DNA from: Paragordius varius
Taxonomy: Eukaryota > Animalia > Nematomorpha
Assembly (NCBI GenBank): GCA_964247055.1
Contig: OZ176059.1
Span: 1,426,001 to 1,490,000, forward strand
Direction: 5' to 3'
DNA length: 64,000 nucleotides
Shown: positions 62,634 to 64,000 of the stretch, one piece after another
Layout: each line of letters starts with the position of its first letter
Position numbering within the stretch: the stretch's first letter is position 1
Translations under genes and position numbers: made by a program
The notes under the pieces: generated by a model
The model's database searches: none
The model's input: the letters and a program-made list of their open reading frames with translations, nothing else
Told to the model about the DNA's origin: nothing

Positions 62634-63083
62634 TTATTTGTCATTTTTAACAAGCATATTTGGTATTCCTTTGTTTATTGGGAAAATATGGTTTGTTTCT
62701 GGGCATATCAGTTCCCCTTCTTCTATATCAACCTATATATAATAATTTTATTATTACCTCAAAAAGAGCATGATGGACATTTTGTAGAAAGGCGTCGTCT
62801 TTTTCAAAATTTTCTGGTTTCATTTCACTTAATGAATCACCGTATCCAAGCTAATATAATAACACACATTTCAAACTTGTTTTGCAGTTTTTACAAATAC
62901 ACCCCAATCAAGTTTTTCTATCATTCGCACAACAAAATCAGAATTAAATTCGACTTCTGTCAATTTTGTTTCTTTAGCCTACAATTAACATATATAAATG
63001 TTTACCTTTAGCTCTAAGGGATAACCAGTTAACACTCCTTTAATGCATCTTGAAGTAAGCATGTTATGGGTTAACAATTTCAT
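62634..63083 (-). CDS. TRMT112: Multifunctional methyltransferase activator TRM112, 123 aa, 4 exons
   Basis: Exons 63006-63083, 62877-62978, 62758-62850, 62634-62732 (372 nt) give MKLLTHNMLTS...GYPLELK...FVVRMIEKLDW...[38 protein letters not shown]. Confidence 0.95.
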
Positions 63084-63544
63084 TGTTACGTTATTACGGG
63101 TGTTTAATTTTAAACTAGTGACTGAATATTATCATATTTGTTACATAAAACGGCAATTAATTATTTAAGTATTTTATTTTCATATAAACCATTTTGTGTG
63201 TTAAATAAATTTTTTAGACGAAAAGCAAATTTTTATTTTCAAAATATCACTCGAATATATTATAAATTCTATATAAAAAGGAACAATATTTTAATTTTAA
63301 ATTTTAGATGTGGTCTCAAAATGTCTCATATTTTTGTCCCTTTTTGAAAATGGCCCGATATTATTTTTTAATGTATGCTTATGGCATCAAAAAATATTTT
63401 CGAAAAATGTATACTTTGTTCTAAAAATCAATACAAAATTTTAGTGAAGCTTACGGCTATTTTGATATATAATGGAAACGGTAGATAAACGCTTTAAGAT
63501 ATTGAAAAACCATTCGTATTAAATTTATGTAAAATAGCAGAAAA

Positions 63545-64000
63545 AATCGTCACTTTGATAAGCCGATCCATCAACACCCCTAAATCGCTTCGGCAAATAG
63601 AACATGCTGTGTTTAGTGGGATAGGAGCAGTATATATTATAATTATCTCGAGTGCAGTAAATCCGTTAATATACTATATCGCCAATATAAGATTAATTCA
63701 AAATTTGCACTAATTAAAAAACGGGAATTGGCAATAAGACGTAGCAAAGTAATTTCTGCAAGAAAATAATCCGTCTCACGCGTACACCTTAAAACTGCTA
63801 TGATAGGATATTCTTCCGCATCCGCTGTATTCTCCGGACCTGGATCCATCCAACTATTACCCCTTCGCATCAATGGGGCACACGCTCGCACAATATTTTG
63901 GAAGAGTTTGAAAATGGCATGACAAATGGTTATCGCAAATGGCAATCAGTTTTGTAGCATGGCATTCATATATTACCTGACTTAAAGGCCAAATGTGTAG
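63545..64000 (+). pseudogene. Mariner transposase remnant (Mos1/mauritiana-like), cut by the window end
   Basis: Frameshifted motifs NRFGK*NMLC, LQENNPSH, ILPHPLYSPDLDPSNYYPFASMGHTLAQ (YSPDL at 63828-63842) and HGIHILPDLKAKCV, colinear with the Mos1 C-terminus. Confidence 0.85.

Noticed and set aside
62688-63011. 107-aa plus-strand ORF
   Set aside because: Antisense to TRMT112.
63643-63945. 100-aa minus-strand ORF as a gene
   Set aside because: It is the antisense of the mariner transposase remnant.

Overview
Very AT-rich eukaryotic (animal) genomic DNA. The Galpha-q N-terminus [13 protein letters not shown] suggests a protostome invertebrate, but the species cannot be fixed from sequence alone. 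I assembled six spliced conserved genes by hand: MRPS18B (+, 2027-4428), UBL5/Hub1 (+, 8412-12114), NUP54 (-, 15301-25083), GNAQ (-, 36853-45316), RRP8 (-, 60210-62003) and TRMT112 (-, 62634-63083). A long low-complexity ORF with several SUMO-interacting-motif-like segments lies at 145-1518 (-). The rest is transposon debris: a decayed Ty3/Gypsy element, RTE-clade LINE fragments, a Mos1-like mariner remnant and several MITE families. Main observation: intron length is sharply bimodal. Five of the 32 coding introns are only 24-27 nt, none is 28-80 nt, and the rest are 81-3376 nt and often TE-filled. The tiny introns share a TTA with the A at -7/-8, and each gives a stop or frameshift if retained. 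One of them is in the splicing factor UBL5 itself and has a competing out-of-frame AG. A fold-back MITE family built from 21-bp modules occurs 12 times and mostly sits within about 55 nt of splice sites, usually in (TA)n tracts. All gene models come from manual translation and remembered homology; no searches were run.
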